DNA of 64,000 bases. Origin: Pseudomonas sp. (GTDB taxonomy: Bacteria; Pseudomonadota; Gammaproteobacteria; Pseudomonadales; Pseudomonadaceae). The stretch covers positions 93,468-157,467 of the forward strand of contig JAUSOF010000093.1 in assembly GCA_030656145.1 (NCBI GenBank), in the 5' to 3' direction. The position numbers and the translations under genes are program-made. The notes below the pieces were generated by a model. It was not told the origin of the DNA. It saw only the letters and a list, made by a program, of their open reading frames with translations, and did no database searches. Positions 28,700 through 41,475 of this stretch are shown here, piece after piece. Position 1 is the stretch's first letter. The number at the start of each line of letters is the position of its first letter.

Positions 28700-28728
28700 T
28701 TGCGCCGTGGAGATTGCTTGCGTACAAT
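28700..28728 (+). promoter_or_regulatory. Sigma70 promoter of rplU-rpmA
   Basis: TTGCGC-N17-TACAAT. Confidence 0.6.
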
Positions 28729-28866
28729 CGCGCACCCTGAACTTCCCCCTGGGTATTTCCCTGACTTACGCAATTGCAAGGGCGTCTTATCCGGCCCCGA
28801 GCAGCCATGCCAGCCTCTAACTATTTCTATAAAGCGCTGGGTGAGCAGGATTAACGGAGATTTACC

Positions 28867-29178
28867 ATGTACGCAGTGATTGTTACTGGTGGCAAGCAAT
28901 ACAAGGTCACCGAAGGCGAATACCTCAAGATCGAAAAGCTGGAAATCGCTACTGGCGAGGCCGTTACTTTTGATCGTGTGTTGTTGATCGGCAACGGCGA
29001 CGACGTGCAAATCGGCGCTCCTGTTGTTGAAGGCGCCAAGGTTGTGGCTGAGGTCATTGCCCAAGGTCGTCATGACAAGGTCACCATCATCAAGTTCCGT
29101 CGTCGTAAGCACCACATGAAGCGTCAGGGCCACCGTCAGTGGTACACCGAGATCAAAATCACCGGTATTCAAGCCTGA
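28867..29178 (+). CDS. rplU: 50S ribosomal protein L21
   Basis: [14 protein letters not shown]...[14 protein letters not shown]. Confidence 0.99.
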   Translation: MYAVIVTGGKQYKVTEGEYLKIEKLEIATGEAVTFDRVLLIGNGDDVQIGAPVVEGAKVVAEVIAQGRHDKVTIIKFRRRKHHMKRQGHRQWYTEIKITGIQA

Positions 29179-29217
29179 TTCGTTTCGGCCTGATCCTCTA
29201 ATAGGAGTATTGAACTC

Positions 29218-29475
29218 ATGGCACACAAAAAAGCTGGCGGTAGTACCCGCAACGGTCGCGATTCAGAAGCTAAACGCCTTGGCGTGAAGATGTATGGCGG
29301 CCAGAAAATCATTCCTGGCAACATCATCGTGCGTCAGCGCGGTACCCAGTTCCACGCCGGTTACGGCGTAGGCATGGGTAAAGATCACACCCTCTTCGCG
29401 AAAATCGAAGGCGTGATCAAGTTTGAAGTAAAAGGCGCGTTCAACCGCCGTTACGTGAGCGTCGTTGCCGCTTAA
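29218..29475 (+). CDS. rpmA: 50S ribosomal protein L27
   Basis: [24 protein letters not shown]. Confidence 0.99.
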   Translation: MAHKKAGGSTRNGRDSEAKRLGVKMYGGQKIIPGNIIVRQRGTQFHAGYGVGMGKDHTLFAKIEGVIKFEVKGAFNRRYVSVVAA

Positions 29476-29491
29476 TAGCGCGACTGCTGGG

Positions 29492-29521
29492 AAAGCCCCG
29501 TCCATGCGACGGGGCTTTTTT
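29492..29521 (+). terminator. rpmA terminator
   Basis: AAAGCCCCGTCCATGCGACGGGGCTTTTTT. Confidence 0.85.
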
Positions 29522-29612
29522 GTTTCTGTATTCTTGGGGTTCTTGCCAAACTGTCCTGGGTGTAGCGTTCGATTTGAATGCAGGTCAATTTTGCAAGAAC
29601 CTGATTTTCTCG

Positions 29613-29699
29613 TTAGAGCCTGTTCAAGGTTTTGCGAGCTAGAGCCCTGTTTTTAACGCAGCAGGGCCGGCGCGCAACAGACGTTGAGCAGGTTCTTAG
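29613..29699. mobile_element. Internally deleted MITE-like element
   Basis: Inverted ends AGAGCCTGTTCAA / TTGAGCAGGTTCT with TTAG at both borders; interior nearly identical to the reverse complement of 36083-36224. Confidence 0.65.
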
Positions 29700-30953
<1,254 letters not shown>

Positions 30954-31148
30954 GCCGTTTGAGAGCGCCGCTTAATTGCGGCGTTCTTGTCTTGTGCTCA
31001 GGGAATGTGAAAATACGCAGCCTTGCTGCGATCGCCGGGAGATGCTCTCGCGGCGGCGCTCGATGTTTTCAAGGCCTCCAGGTGATTGGGGTTACGAGCG
31101 CAGTGGCTTTCGTTGCGTTGGGTGGTTTCTGCCGAGGGTTGGATGATC

Positions 31149-32267
31149 ATGCGTGACAAGGTAACCAGTGCGCGGCGCTGGGTGGTGAAAATCGGCAGTG
31201 CGTTGCTCACTGCTGACGGGCGTGGTCTGGATCGTGCCGCCATGGCGGTGTGGGTGGCGCAGATGGTGGCATTGCGCGAGCAGGGCGTGGAGCTGGTGCT
31301 GGTGTCTTCCGGTGCAGTGGCGGCGGGCATGAGTCGTCTTGGCTGGACCGCACGGCCGAAGGCCATGCATGAGTTGCAGGCGGCCGCGGCCATTGGGCAG
31401 ATGGTGCTGATTCAGGCTTGGGAGTCGAGTTTTGGTGAGCATGCGCGGCGCACTGCGCAAATTCTCCTGACCCATGACGATCTGTCAGATCGCAAGCGCT
31501 ACCTCAATGCGCGCAGCACCTTGCGCACCCTGGTCGACCTGGACGTGGTGCCGGTGATCAACGAGAACGATACGGTGGTCACTGATGAAATCCGTTTCGG
31601 CGACAACGATACATTGGCGGCGCTGGTGGCCAATCTGGTCGAGGCGGATCTGCTGGTGATTCTCACCGATCGTGACGGCATGTATAACGCCGACCCGCGA
31701 CACAATCCCGATGCCGAGCTGATTTACGAGGCGCGTGCCGATGACCCGGCGCTGGATGCCGTGGCCGGCGGCGTGGGTGGCGCGCTGGGGCGTGGCGGTA
31801 TGCAAACCAAGTTGCGCGCAGCGCGGCTGGCAGCTCGTTCCGGTGCGCACACGGTGATCGTCGGTGGTGCCATTGAGCAGGTATTGGCGCGGCTCAAGGC
31901 TGGTGAGCGTTTGGGTACGCTGTTGGCGCCTGAGCGCGGCCTGCTGGCCGCGCGCAAGCAATGGCTGGCCGGGCATCTGCAGACCCGTGGCACCCTGGTG
32001 CTGGATGCCGGGGCGGTCAAAGCTCTGGCGACTGGCCGCAAAAGCTTGTTGCCGGTCGGGGTCAGGGCGCTCCAGGGCAGCTTTCGGCGTGGCGAGATGG
32101 TGGTCTGCGTTGATGCGGATGGGCGTGAGATCGCCCGCGGCCTGGCCAACTACAGTGCGCTCGAGGCGCAGAAGATCATTGGTCAGTCGTCGGATGCCAT
32201 CGAAAGGTTGCTCGGTTACGTCGATGAGCCCGAGCTGATTCATCGGGATAATTTGATTCTGGTCTGA
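31149..32267 (+). CDS. proB: Glutamate 5-kinase
   Basis: [39 protein letters not shown]-terminal PUA domain. Confidence 0.97.
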   Translation: MRDKVTSARRWVVKIGSALLTADGRGLDRAAMAVWVAQMVALREQGVELVLVSSGAVAAGMSRLGWTARPKAMHELQAAAAIGQMVLIQAWESSFGEHARRTAQILLTHDDLSDRKRYLNARSTLRTLVDLDVVPVINENDTVVTDEIRFGDNDTLAALVANLVEADLLVILTDRDGMYNADPRHNPDAELIYEARADDPALDAVAGGVGGALGRGGMQTKLRAARLAARSGAHTVIVGGAIEQVLARLKAGERLGTLLAPERGLLAARKQWLAGHLQTRGTLVLDAGAVKALATGRKSLLPVGVRALQGSFRRGEMVVCVDADGREIARGLANYSALEAQKIIGQSSDAIERLLGYVDEPELIHRDNLILV

Positions 32268-32279
32268 ACGCTTGTCCGG

Positions 32280-32494
32280 TGCGCTGCGTCAGTCGGCGTG
32301 GAGGGCTGGCTGGTGCGCCAACTCGGTCGGAAGCCGCTTGCGGCAGCTACGCTTGAGCGCGATCCGCAGGGCGAGTAATGCTCATGTGCAGCTCGCGTGC
32401 GGGCCCGGTCCGCTTGACTCGCCGTTTGGGTCAGTCGAAGGCTGTGACTGGCGTAGCGCCTTGCATGGCTCACGCTCGCGAGACTTTGAACAGA
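32280..32494. mobile_element. Degenerate relative of the MITE-like element
   Basis: Shares GCTCATGT(G/A)CAGCTCG, CCTTGCA and GCTCGCGAGACTTTGAACAG blocks with the other copies; left boundary unclear. Confidence 0.45.
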
Positions 32495-32513
32495 TTTTTT
32501 GGGGGGAAGGCTG

Positions 32514-32978
32514 ATGCGAATGCTCAAGGGGTTGCTAGGGGTGCTGCTGGTGTTGCCGATGTGTGCAGCGGCCGAGCAGATAGGTGAGGTGTCCACGGTG
32601 TTCAAGTGGATGGGGGCGAACGACAAGATCGTGGTCGAGGCATTCGATGATCCCAAGGTGGCGGGCGTGACCTGCTATCTGTCGCGCGCCAAGACTGGCG
32701 GGGTCAAGGGTAGCCTGGGGTTGGCCGAGGATCGTGCCGAAGCCTCGATCGCCTGTCGTCAGACCGGGCCGGTCAGTTTCAAGGCTGAGCTGAAAGACGG
32801 CGAAGAAGTGTTTCGCGAGCGCACCTCGCTGGTGTTCAAGACCATGCAAGTGGTGCGATTCTTTGATGAAAAGCGCAACACTCTGGTCTATTTGGTATAC
32901 AGCGATCGAGTGATTGAGGGCAGCCCGCAGAATGCGGTGACCGCCATTCCGATCATGCCCTGGCCGGAAAAAACCTGA
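32514..32978 (+). CDS. creA: CreA family protein
   Basis: [53 protein letters not shown]. Confidence 0.95.
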   Translation: MRMLKGLLGVLLVLPMCAAAEQIGEVSTVFKWMGANDKIVVEAFDDPKVAGVTCYLSRAKTGGVKGSLGLAEDRAEASIACRQTGPVSFKAELKDGEEVFRERTSLVFKTMQVVRFFDEKRNTLVYLVYSDRVIEGSPQNAVTAIPIMPWPEKT

Positions 32979-33024
32979 GAGGCCGTGCCCGCGTGAGCGG
33001 GTAAGGGGGCGCTGTCGTCGAGCC

Positions 33025-33889
33025 GTAGGGTGCGCCGTGCGCACCGGGGTGGCGCGGGCATGATCGGATCAACCTATTCGGTGCGCGCAGCGCACCCTAC
33101 GGAGTGCAACCACCCGGGCATGCCTAGTCCTGCCGCCGCGTCCGCAGTCATTCAGCGTCATGGATGGCCGCGCTCAAATCGTAGGGTGCGCCGTGCGCAC
33201 CGGGGTGGCGGGAATGCATGATCTGATCAATCTATTCGGTGCGCGCAGCACACCCTACGGTGGATAGCCGCTCGCGGATGCCAATCCCGCCGCCGCGTCC
33301 GCCGCCATTCAGCGTCGTGGATGGCTGTGCTCAATCATCGTGGGGTGCGCCGTGCGCACCGGGGTGGCGGGGTGCATGATCTGATCAATCTATTCGGTGC
33401 GCGCAGCGCACCCTACGGTGCGTAACCACTCGAGCATGCCAAGCCCGCCATCACGTCTGCCGCCATTCAGCGTCGTGGATGGCTGCGCTCAAATCGTAGG
33501 GTGCGCCGTGCGCACCGGGGTGGCGGGGTGCATGATCGGATCAACCTATTCGGTGCGCGCAGCACACCCTACGGTGGATAGTCGCTCGCGGATGCCAATC
33601 CCGCCGTCGCCTCCGCCGCCATTCAGCGTCATGGATGGCCGCGCTCAAATCGTAGGGTGCGCCGTGCGCACCGGGGTTGACGCGGGCATGATCGGATCAA
33701 TCTATTCGGTGCGCGCAGCACACCCTACGGTGTGCGGCCGCCCGAGCATGCCTAGTCCCGCCTCCGCCGCCATTCGGTGTCATGGATGGCCGTGCTCAAA
33801 TCGTAGGGTGCGCCGTGCGCACCGGGGTGGCGGGGTGCGTGATCTGCTCGGTTTATTCGGTGCGCGCAGCGCACCCTACGGTGTGCAGC
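33025..33889. repeat. Tandem array of six REP doublets, period ~151-159 bp
   Basis: GTAGGGTGCGCCGTGCGCACC at 33025, 33181, 33340 (GTGGGG variant), 33496, 33652, 33803, each paired with GGTGCGCGCAGC(G/A)CACCCTAC. Confidence 0.92.
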
Positions 33890-34007
33890 CGCCCGAGCAT
33901 GCCTAGTCCCGCCTCCGCCGCCATTCAATGCCGTGGGTGGCTGTGCGCGCTGCCTGGGTCAATCGCGGCGGCTCGGGTGGGGCGGTGCTAGCTGTTTCGC
34001 AGGCAAT

Positions 34008-34035
34008 AAAAAACCGACCCTAGGGTCGGTTTTTT
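34008..34035. terminator. rpsT terminator (bidirectional)
   Basis: AAAAAACCGACCCTAGGGTCGGTTTTTT. Confidence 0.9.
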
Positions 34036-34064
34036 AAGAACTAGCAGTAAAGCGTGAGTCGCTA

Positions 34065-34343
34065 TTAAGCGGCTGCTGCTTCGCTGAGGGCCTTGATATG
34101 GCCATTCAGGCGGCTTTTATGGCGCGCTGCTTTGTTCTTGTGGATGATGCCTTTATCGGCCATACGGTCGATGATCGGCACAGCCAGGGTGTAAGCGGTT
34201 TTTGCTACGTCAAGATCTTTGGCGTCAATAGCCTTGACCACGTTCTTGATGTAGGTACGGACCATGGAGCGCTGGCTGGCGTTATGGCTACGACGCTTCT
34301 CAGCCTGTTTTGCGCGTTTTTTGGCAGAAGGTGTATTGGCCAC
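34065..34343 (-). CDS. rpsT: 30S ribosomal protein S20
   Basis: GTG start; [32 protein letters not shown]...[13 protein letters not shown]. Confidence 0.98.
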   Translation of the reverse strand: MANTPSAKKRAKQAEKRRSHNASQRSMVRTYIKNVVKAIDAKDLDVAKTAYTLAVPIIDRMADKGIIHKNKAARHKSRLNGHIKALSEAAAA

Positions 34344-34538
34344 CGTCAAGCTCCTCGAAAAAAAACTGTGGGTTACAAACAAATAAGGCCGCGAATAATG
34401 CCGATATGAGAGCTTGCTGTCAAGCCTGTTGGCTTTTACCTGTGCTGGCCTGACCAGTGGTGGACCGCTACACTCATTGCCTTTGCACGCCGACGGATTG
34501 TCCGTGGCTGTGCTTGTTTGCGGAAACCGAATTATTAC

Positions 34539-36083
34539 ATGAATTTGCTCAAGTCGCTGGCCGCTGTCAGCTCCATGACCATGCTTTCGCGTGTACTGGG
34601 CTTTGTGCGTGACACCATTATTGCTCGCACCTTCGGTGCTGGCGTGGCTTCGGACGCCTTTGTGGTGGCGTTCAAGCTGCCAAATCTGTTGCGTCGAATT
34701 TTTGCCGAGGGCGCCTTTTCCCAGGCATTTGTGCCGATTCTGGCTGAGTACAAGACCCAGCAGGGCGATGAGGCGGCGCGGACTTTTCTTGCTTACGTGA
34801 CCGGGTTGCTGACCTTGGTGTTGGCCCTGGTGACCTTTATCGGGATTCTCGCGGCACCCTGGATTGTCTGGATATCGGCCCCGGGCTTTGCCGATGAGGC
34901 CGACCGGTTCGCCCTGACCACCGATCTGCTGCGGGTGACGTTCCCCTATATTCTGCTGATTTCCCTGTCGTCGCTGGCTGGGGCGGTGCTCAATACCTGG
35001 AATCGCTTCTCGGTGCCGGCCTTCGTGCCGACTCTGCTGAACCTCAGCATGATCGTCTTTGCGCTATTTCTGACGCCCTATTTCGACCCGCCAATCATGG
35101 CCCTGGGCTGGGCGGTGCTGGTGGGCGGCCTGTTGCAGCTGCTGTTCCAGCTGCCGCATTTGCACAAGATCGGCATGCTTGTGCTGCCGCGCCTGAATCT
35201 CAAGGACACCGGCGTGTGGCGCGTGGTGAAGCAAATGGGGCCGGCGATTTTCGGTGTGTCGGTCAGCCAGATCTCGCTGATCATCAATACCGTCTTCGCG
35301 TCATTTCTGGTCGCCGGTTCGGTGTCCTGGATGTACTACGCCGACCGCCTGATGGAGCTGCCAGCGGGTGTGCTGGGTGTTGCGCTGGGGACTATTCTGC
35401 TGCCGGCCCTGTCGAAAACCCATTCCGGTGCCAGTCGCGAGGATTATTCCAGGCTGCTCGACTGGGGGTTGCGCCTGTGCCTGGTGTTGGCACTGCCCAG
35501 TGCGGTCGCGTTGGCGATTATCTCCGAGCCGCTGATCACCTCGCTGTTCCAGTATGGCAAGTTCACTGCGGCCGATACGCTGATGACCCAGCGCGCCCTT
35601 ATTGCTTATTCGCTGGGGTTGGTTGGCATCATCCTGGTCAAAATTCTTGCGCCGGCCTTCTACGCCCAGCAGAACATCAGGACTCCGGTGCGGATCGGCC
35701 TGGTAACGCTGCTGGCGACCCAGGCAATGAATGTGCTGTTTATTTTCGTGATTCCCCTGGCCCATGCCGGCCTGGCGCTGGCCATCGGTCTGGCGGCCTG
35801 TCTGAATGCCGGGCTGTTGTACTGGCAACTGCGCAAACGCGATATGTTTCAGCCGCAGCCGGGCTGGGCGCTGTTCCTTGGCAAGCTGCTGCTGGCGTTG
35901 CTGGCAATGGCGGCTGTGCTGCTACTGAGCATGCAGCATCTGCCGGCGTGGGCGGAGGGCACCATGCTCTGGCGTCTCCTGCGTCTGGGTGGGCTGGTCG
36001 GGGTGGGATTGCTGGCCTATTTGAGCGTGTTGGTGCTGCTGGGCTTTCGCTTGCGTGACTTTGCCCGGCGCAGCGCGCTCTGA
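34539..36083 (+). CDS. murJ: Lipid II flippase
   Basis: [49 protein letters not shown]. Confidence 0.97.
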   Translation: MNLLKSLAAVSSMTMLSRVLGFVRDTIIARTFGAGVASDAFVVAFKLPNLLRRIFAEGAFSQAFVPILAEYKTQQGDEAARTFLAYVTGLLTLVLALVTFIGILAAPWIVWISAPGFADEADRFALTTDLLRVTFPYILLISLSSLAGAVLNTWNRFSVPAFVPTLLNLSMIVFALFLTPYFDPPIMALGWAVLVGGLLQLLFQLPHLHKIGMLVLPRLNLKDTGVWRVVKQMGPAIFGVSVSQISLIINTVFASFLVAGSVSWMYYADRLMELPAGVLGVALGTILLPALSKTHSGASREDYSRLLDWGLRLCLVLALPSAVALAIISEPLITSLFQYGKFTAADTLMTQRALIAYSLGLVGIILVKILAPAFYAQQNIRTPVRIGLVTLLATQAMNVLFIFVIPLAHAGLALAIGLAACLNAGLLYWQLRKRDMFQPQPGWALFLGKLLLALLAMAAVLLLSMQHLPAWAEGTMLWRLLRLGGLVGVGLLAYLSVLVLLGFRLRDFARRSAL

Positions 36084-36224
36084 GAATCGGTTTGCGATCT
36101 GCTGCGCGTCGGCCCTGCCGCGTTAAAAACAGGCTCGGAAAGCTCATGTACAGCTCGTACACTCCGCTTCCTCGCCTGTTTTTGCCTTGCAGGACTCTAG
36201 CTCGCGACATCGTAACCTGATTCT
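36083..36224. mobile_element. ~140-bp MITE-like element, apparently full length
   Basis: Ends AGAATC...GATTCT; interior matches 29613-29699 in reverse plus ~60 extra bp. Confidence 0.65.
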
Positions 36225-36302
36225 GATGGCAGCTGATTTGCTGCCTGTCGTCCACTGCCCGGTGTGCGTATAATCGGCGACTTTATGAGCAAGAAGCACG
36301 CT

Positions 36303-37262
36303 ATGCAGCTGGTTCGAGGCCTACACAATCTGCGGCCCCAGTATCGGGGCTGTGTCGCCACTATTGGCAATTTCGACGGCGTCCATCGTGGCCATCAGGC
36401 CATTCTGGCGCGTTTGCGTGAGCGCGCGGCCGAGTTGGCGCTGCCCAGTTGTGTGGTGATTTTCGAGCCGCAGCCGCGCGAATTCTTTGCCCCCGATACG
36501 GCGCCGGCGCGCCTGACACGCTTGCGCGACAAACTCGCGTTGCTTGCCGCCGAAGGTGTTGATCGGGTGCTATGCCTGAGCTTCAACCCGCGCTTGCGTG
36601 AGTTGAGCGCCGCCGAATTCGTCCAGACAGTCCTGATCGACGGGCTGGGTGTGCGGCATCTGGAGGTCGGTGATGACTTCCGCTTCGGCTGCGACCGGGT
36701 CGGCGATTTTGCCTTTCTGGAACAGGCCGGTGAGCGCGAAGGCTTTACCGTCGAGGCCGCCGCGACGGTCGAGTTGGATGGCGTGCGGGTCAGCAGTACG
36801 CGGGTGCGGCAGGCTCTGGCTGCGGGTGATTTCGCCTTGGCCGAACACCTGCTCGGTCGTCCGTTCCAGATTGCCGGGCGCGTATTGCACGGGCAAAAGC
36901 TCGGGCGTCAGCTGAATGCACCTACCGCCAACGTGCAGCTCAAGCGCAAGCGCGTGCCGCTGAGCGGGGTTTATCTGGTCAGTACCGAGGTGGACGGTCA
37001 GCCGTGGCCGGGTGTCGCCAACATCGGCGTACGCCCGAGTGTGGCGGGCGATGGCAGTGCCCATCTCGAAGTGCATGTGCTGGATTTTGCCGGTGATTTA
37101 TATGGCCGGCGTTTGACGGTGGCATTCCACCACAAGCTGCGTGAAGAGCAGCGCTTCGCCTCACTCGAAGCACTCAAAACGGCCATTGCTGCCGATATTG
37201 CCGCCGCCCGTGCCCATTGGCAGGGTCAACCGCACAACCTGTTGGCAGGGCCAACCGTTTAA
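36303..37262 (+). CDS. ribF: Riboflavin kinase / FMN adenylyltransferase
   Basis: [49 protein letters not shown]. Confidence 0.97.
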   Translation: MQLVRGLHNLRPQYRGCVATIGNFDGVHRGHQAILARLRERAAELALPSCVVIFEPQPREFFAPDTAPARLTRLRDKLALLAAEGVDRVLCLSFNPRLRELSAAEFVQTVLIDGLGVRHLEVGDDFRFGCDRVGDFAFLEQAGEREGFTVEAAATVELDGVRVSSTRVRQALAAGDFALAEHLLGRPFQIAGRVLHGQKLGRQLNAPTANVQLKRKRVPLSGVYLVSTEVDGQPWPGVANIGVRPSVAGDGSAHLEVHVLDFAGDLYGRRLTVAFHHKLREEQRFASLEALKTAIAADIAAARAHWQGQPHNLLAGPTV

Positions 37263-37276
37263 ATGAAGAGCCTGAA

Positions 37277-40108
37277 ATGACCGACTACAAAGCCACGCTA
37301 AATCTGCCTGATACCCAGTTCCCGATGAAGGCTGGTCTGCCGCAGCGCGAGCCGCAGATTCTGCAGCGCTGGAACGACATGGGTCTGTATCAGAAGCTGC
37401 GGCAGCTGGGTGAAGGCCGGCCGAAATTCGTCCTGCACGACGGCCCGCCCTATGCCAACGGCAGCATTCATATCGGTCATGCGGTCAACAAGATCCTCAA
37501 GGACATTATTACCCGCTCCAAGACCCTGTCCGGCTATGACGCCCCCTATGTGCCAGGCTGGGATTGTCACGGTCTGCCGATCGAGCACAAGGTCGAGACC
37601 ACCTTCGGCAAGAATCAGCCGTCCGACCTTACTCGCGAGCGCTGCCGCACCTATGCCGGCGAGCAGATCGAAGGGCAGAAGGCCGACTTCATCCGTCTCG
37701 GCGTGCTTGGCGACTGGGACAACCCCTACAAGACCATGGATTTTGCCAACGAAGCCGGCGAGATCCGCGCCCTGGCCGAGATGGTCAAGCAGGGCTTCGT
37801 GTTCAAGGGCCTGAAGCCGGTCAACTGGTGTTTCGACTGTGGCTCGGCCCTGGCCGAAGCCGAAGTCGAATACCAGGACAAGAAATCCGATGCCATCGAC
37901 GTGGCATTCCCGGTCGAAGATGCCGACAAGCTGGCCGCCGCCTTCGGTTTGGCCAGTCTGAGCAAGCCTGCCAGTATCGTGATCTGGACCACTACGCCCT
38001 GGACCATCCCGGCTAACCAGGCGCTCAACGTCCACCCCGAATTCAATTACGCCCTGGTTGATACCGGCGACAAACTGCTGGTCCTGGCCGAAGAGCTGGT
38101 CGAAAGCAGCTTGCAGCGCTTCGGTCTGCAGGGCGAGGTGATCGCCATCGCCAAAGGCGAGACGCTTGAGCTGATCCGTTTCCGTCATCCGTTCTACGCG
38201 CGTTTTTCGCCAGTCTACCTGGCTGATTACGTCGAGCTGGGCGCGGGTACCGGTGTTGTCCATTCGGCCCCGGCCTATGGCGAGGACGACTTCCGTTCCT
38301 GCAAAGGCTACGGCATGAGCAATGACGAGATCCTCAGCCCGGTGCAGAGCAATGGCGTGTATGTCAGTGATCTGCCGTTCTTCGGCGGCCAGTTCATCTG
38401 GAAGGCCAACCCGGCTATCGTCGCCAAGCTCGACGAAGTCGGTTGCCTGCTCAAGCATGAAGCCATCCAGCACAGCTACATGCACTGCTGGCGGCACAAG
38501 ACTCCGCTGATCTACCGCGCCACCGCGCAGTGGTTTGTCGGCATGGACAAGCAGCCCAACGAAGGCGACAGCCTGCGCCAGCGGGCGCTGGCCGCCATCG
38601 AGCAGACCGCATTCGTACCGGCCTGGGGCCAGGCGCGCTTGCACGGCATGATCGCCGGTCGTCCTGACTGGTGCATCTCGCGTCAACGTAACTGGGGCGT
38701 GCCGATCCCGTTCTTCCTGCACAAGGAAAGCGGCGAGCTGCACCCGCGTACCGCCGAGCTGATGGAAGCCGTAGCCGTGCGCGTCGAGCAGGCGGGCATC
38801 GAAGCCTGGTTCAAGCTGGATGCCGCCGAGTTGCTCGGTGACGAGGCCGCGCAGTACGACAAGATCAGCGACACCCTGGACGTCTGGTTCGACTCTGGCA
38901 CCACCCACTGGCACGTGCTGCGCGGCTCCCATCCGCTCGGTCACGCCACCGGCCCACGCGCCGATCTGTACCTGGAAGGTTCCGACCAGCACCGTGGCTG
39001 GTTCCACTCATCCTTGCTGACCGGTAGCGCCATCGACGGTCATGCGCCCTACAAGGAGCTGTTGACCCACGGCTTCGTGGTCGACGAGAACGGCCGCAAG
39101 ATGTCCAAGTCGATGGGCAATGTGGTCGCGCCGCAGGAAGTCAACGATAGCCTGGGCGCCGACATCCTGCGCCTGTGGGTAGCCTCCACCGACTACTCCG
39201 GCGAGATGGCTGTATCCAAGGTGATCCTGCAGCGCAGCGCCGACTCCTATCGGCGCATCCGCAACACCGCACGCTTTCTGCTTTCCAACCTCAGCGGTTT
39301 CGACCCGGCCCAGCACGTGCTGCCGGCCGCCGACATGCTGGCCCTGGATCGCTGGGCAGTGGACCGTGCCCTGCTGCTGCAGCGCGAAATCGAAGAAGCC
39401 TACGACAGCTACCGCTTCCTCAATGTCTACCAGAAAGTGCACAACTTCTGCGTGCAGGAACTGGGCGGCTTCTACCTCGACATCATCAAGGATCGCCAGT
39501 ACACCACCGCTGCCGACAGTGTGGCGCGGCGTTCCTGCCAGACCGCACTGTTCCATATCGCCGAAGCGCTGGTGCGCTGGATCGCGCCGGTGCTGTCGTT
39601 CACCGCGGACGAGTTCTGGCAGTACCTGCCGGGCGAGCGCAACGAATCGGTAATGCTCAATGGCTGGTACCAGGGCCTGAGCGAGCTGCCACAGGACTGC
39701 GAGCTGAGCCGCGAATTCTGGGAGCGGGTCATGGCGGTCAAGGTCGCGGTCAACAAGGAAATGGAAGGCCTGCGCGCAGCCAAGGCCATCGGCGGCAACC
39801 TGCAGGCCGAGGTGACGCTCTACGCCGAAGACAGCCTGATCGCCGACCTGAGCAAGCTCGGCAATGAGCTGCGCTTCGTGTTGATCACCTCCACCGCCAG
39901 CCTGGCACCGCTCGCCAGTGCACCAGCGGATGCCGTGGCCACCGAAGTTCCAGGCCTGAAGCTGAAGATCGTCAAATCCGGGCATGCCAAGTGCGCTCGT
40001 TGCTGGCACCATCGCGAAGACGTCGGCGTCAACCCGGCGCACCCGGAAATCTGCGGTCGCTGTGTGGACAACATCGAAGGCGCCGGCGAGGTTCGTCACT
40101 ATGCGTGA
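37277..40108 (+). CDS. ileS: Isoleucyl-tRNA synthetase
   Basis: [21 protein letters not shown]-terminal Zn finger CARCW...CGRC. Confidence 0.99.
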   Translation: MTDYKATLNLPDTQFPMKAGLPQREPQILQRWNDMGLYQKLRQLGEGRPKFVLHDGPPYANGSIHIGHAVNKILKDIITRSKTLSGYDAPYVPGWDCHGLPIEHKVETTFGKNQPSDLTRERCRTYAGEQIEGQKADFIRLGVLGDWDNPYKTMDFANEAGEIRALAEMVKQGFVFKGLKPVNWCFDCGSALAEAEVEYQDKKSDAIDVAFPVEDADKLAAAFGLASLSKPASIVIWTTTPWTIPANQALNVHPEFNYALVDTGDKLLVLAEELVESSLQRFGLQGEVIAIAKGETLELIRFRHPFYARFSPVYLADYVELGAGTGVVHSAPAYGEDDFRSCKGYGMSNDEILSPVQSNGVYVSDLPFFGGQFIWKANPAIVAKLDEVGCLLKHEAIQHSYMHCWRHKTPLIYRATAQWFVGMDKQPNEGDSLRQRALAAIEQTAFVPAWGQARLHGMIAGRPDWCISRQRNWGVPIPFFLHKESGELHPRTAELMEAVAVRVEQAGIEAWFKLDAAELLGDEAAQYDKISDTLDVWFDSGTTHWHVLRGSHPLGHATGPRADLYLEGSDQHRGWFHSSLLTGSAIDGHAPYKELLTHGFVVDENGRKMSKSMGNVVAPQEVNDSLGADILRLWVASTDYSGEMAVSKVILQRSADSYRRIRNTARFLLSNLSGFDPAQHVLPAADMLALDRWAVDRALLLQREIEEAYDSYRFLNVYQKVHNFCVQELGGFYLDIIKDRQYTTAADSVARRSCQTALFHIAEALVRWIAPVLSFTADEFWQYLPGERNESVMLNGWYQGLSELPQDCELSREFWERVMAVKVAVNKEMEGLRAAKAIGGNLQAEVTLYAEDSLIADLSKLGNELRFVLITSTASLAPLASAPADAVATEVPGLKLKIVKSGHAKCARCWHHREDVGVNPAHPEICGRCVDNIEGAGEVRHYA

Positions 40109-40130
40109 TGGTCTCCAGATGCATGCTTAT

Positions 40131-40380
40131 GTAGGAGCCAGCTTGCTGCGGTCCGGCGTCCCGGCGGTCTGCGGCCTATCGCCAGCAAGCGGGCTCTCAT
40201 CAAGCAGCTCGTATGTCATTGATTTTATGGGTTCTGACGTTTTCTGTAGGAGCGGGCCATGCCCGCGAAGCCCATCGCGGCCATGGGCCGCTCCTACAAG
40301 TGCCCACAAGCCGATAGACGCGATTACCTCCGGTTTGCTGCGCGACAGCGCGGCGTCGAAGACGGGGCGAACACTCCTAC
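40131..40380. repeat. REP cluster of the GTAGGAGC family between ileS and lspA
   Basis: Near-perfect doublet 40245-40298 (TGTAGGAGCGGGCCATGCCCGCGAA / ATCGCGGCCATGGGCCGCTCCTACA) plus partial arms at 40131 and ending at ~40380. Confidence 0.8.
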
Positions 40381-40393
40381 AGGAAAGCAGAGT

Positions 40394-40894
40394 ATGAGCG
40401 CCCGTTTTGGCCGGTTGCCCTGGCTGTGGTTGAGCCTGCTGGTATTCGTGATCGATCAAGCCAGCAAGTTCTGGTTCGACAACAACCTGACCATGTACCA
40501 GCAGATCGTGGTGATCCCTGAATACTTCAGCTGGACCCTGGCCTACAACACTGGCGCAGCCTTTAGCTTCCTGGCCGGTGCCTCGGGCTGGCAGCGCTGG
40601 TTCTTCGCGGCTATCGCCGTGGTGGTCAGCGTAGTGCTGGTGGTCTGGCTCAAACGCCTGAAACCGGACGAAACCTGGCTGGCCATGGCGCTGGCGCTGG
40701 TGCTCGGTGGCGCGCTGGGCAATCTGGTCGACCGTGTGGTGTTTGGCCATGTGGTCGACTTTATTCTGGTGCACTGGCAGCACCGCTGGTACTTCCCGGC
40801 CTTCAATGTCGCGGACGCCGCTATTTCCCTTGGTGCCATCCTCTTGGCGCTGGATATGTTCAAAAGCAACAAGTCCGGAGAAACCACCCCATGA
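40394..40894 (+). CDS. lspA: Lipoprotein signal peptidase II
   Basis: DQASK, LAYNTGAAFSFL, GGALGNLVDR, VVDFI, PAFNVADAAI. Confidence 0.96.
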   Translation: MSARFGRLPWLWLSLLVFVIDQASKFWFDNNLTMYQQIVVIPEYFSWTLAYNTGAAFSFLAGASGWQRWFFAAIAVVVSVVLVVWLKRLKPDETWLAMALALVLGGALGNLVDRVVFGHVVDFILVHWQHRWYFPAFNVADAAISLGAILLALDMFKSNKSGETTP

Positions 40895-41328
40895 CTGACG
40901 TACGTATCGGGCCGGACAGGGAAGTCACCCTGCATTTCGCCCTAAAACTGGAAAACGGCGACGTGGTCGACAGCACCTTCGACAAACAGCCCGCCACCTT
41001 CAAGGTCGGCGACGGCAATCTGTTGCCGGGTTTCGAGTCCGCTCTGTTTGGCTTCAGGGCCGGCGACAAGCGCACCGTGCAAGTGCTGCCCGAGCATGGC
41101 TTCGGCCAGCCCAACCCGCAGAACGTGCAGATCATGCCGCGCAGCCAGTTCAAGGACATGGAACTCTCCGACGGCCTGCTGGTGATCTTCAACGACGCCG
41201 CCAATGCCGAGCTGCCGGGCGTGGTCAAAGCCTTCGACGACAGCCAGGTGACCATCGACTTCAACCACCCGCTGGCTGGCAAGGCGCTGAGCTTTGATGT
41301 GGAAATCATCGCGGTCAAAGCGCTCTAG
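40891..41328 (+). CDS. fkpB: FKBP-type PPIase
   Basis: LHFALKLENGDVVDST, GNLLPGFE, DFNHPLAGK; between lspA and ispH. Confidence 0.93.
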   Translation: MTDVRIGPDREVTLHFALKLENGDVVDSTFDKQPATFKVGDGNLLPGFESALFGFRAGDKRTVQVLPEHGFGQPNPQNVQIMPRSQFKDMELSDGLLVIFNDAANAELPGVVKAFDDSQVTIDFNHPLAGKALSFDVEIIAVKAL

Positions 41329-41344
41329 CTAGCGTCTCTGCTTC

Positions 41345-41401
41345 TGTGGGAGCGGCTTTAGTCGCGAAGCCCTTGCGGCTGGCGGCTACTGCCGCCCCCA
41401 C
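41345..41401. repeat. REP arm(s), GTGGGAGC family
   Basis: TGTGGGAGCGGCTTTAGTCGCGAA with degenerate partner ending GCCGCCCCCAC. Confidence 0.6.
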
Positions 41402-41475
41402 GGTCTTGCCGGTCCACCCTACGAGTGATCCCGCGTTACACTCTTCATCCTCAAGTTCCCGCGTGCCGAGGCCCT

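Noticed and set aside
33025-33930. CRISPR array
   Set aside because: Spacers are homologous to each other, the period is ~156 bp, arms are inverted GTAG-type REPs, and no cas genes are present
33030-33991. ORFs (up to 169 aa) inside the REP array, and similar ORFs at 2224-2792 and 7644-8266
   Set aside because: They are translations of GC-rich repeats with no RBS or recognisable domain
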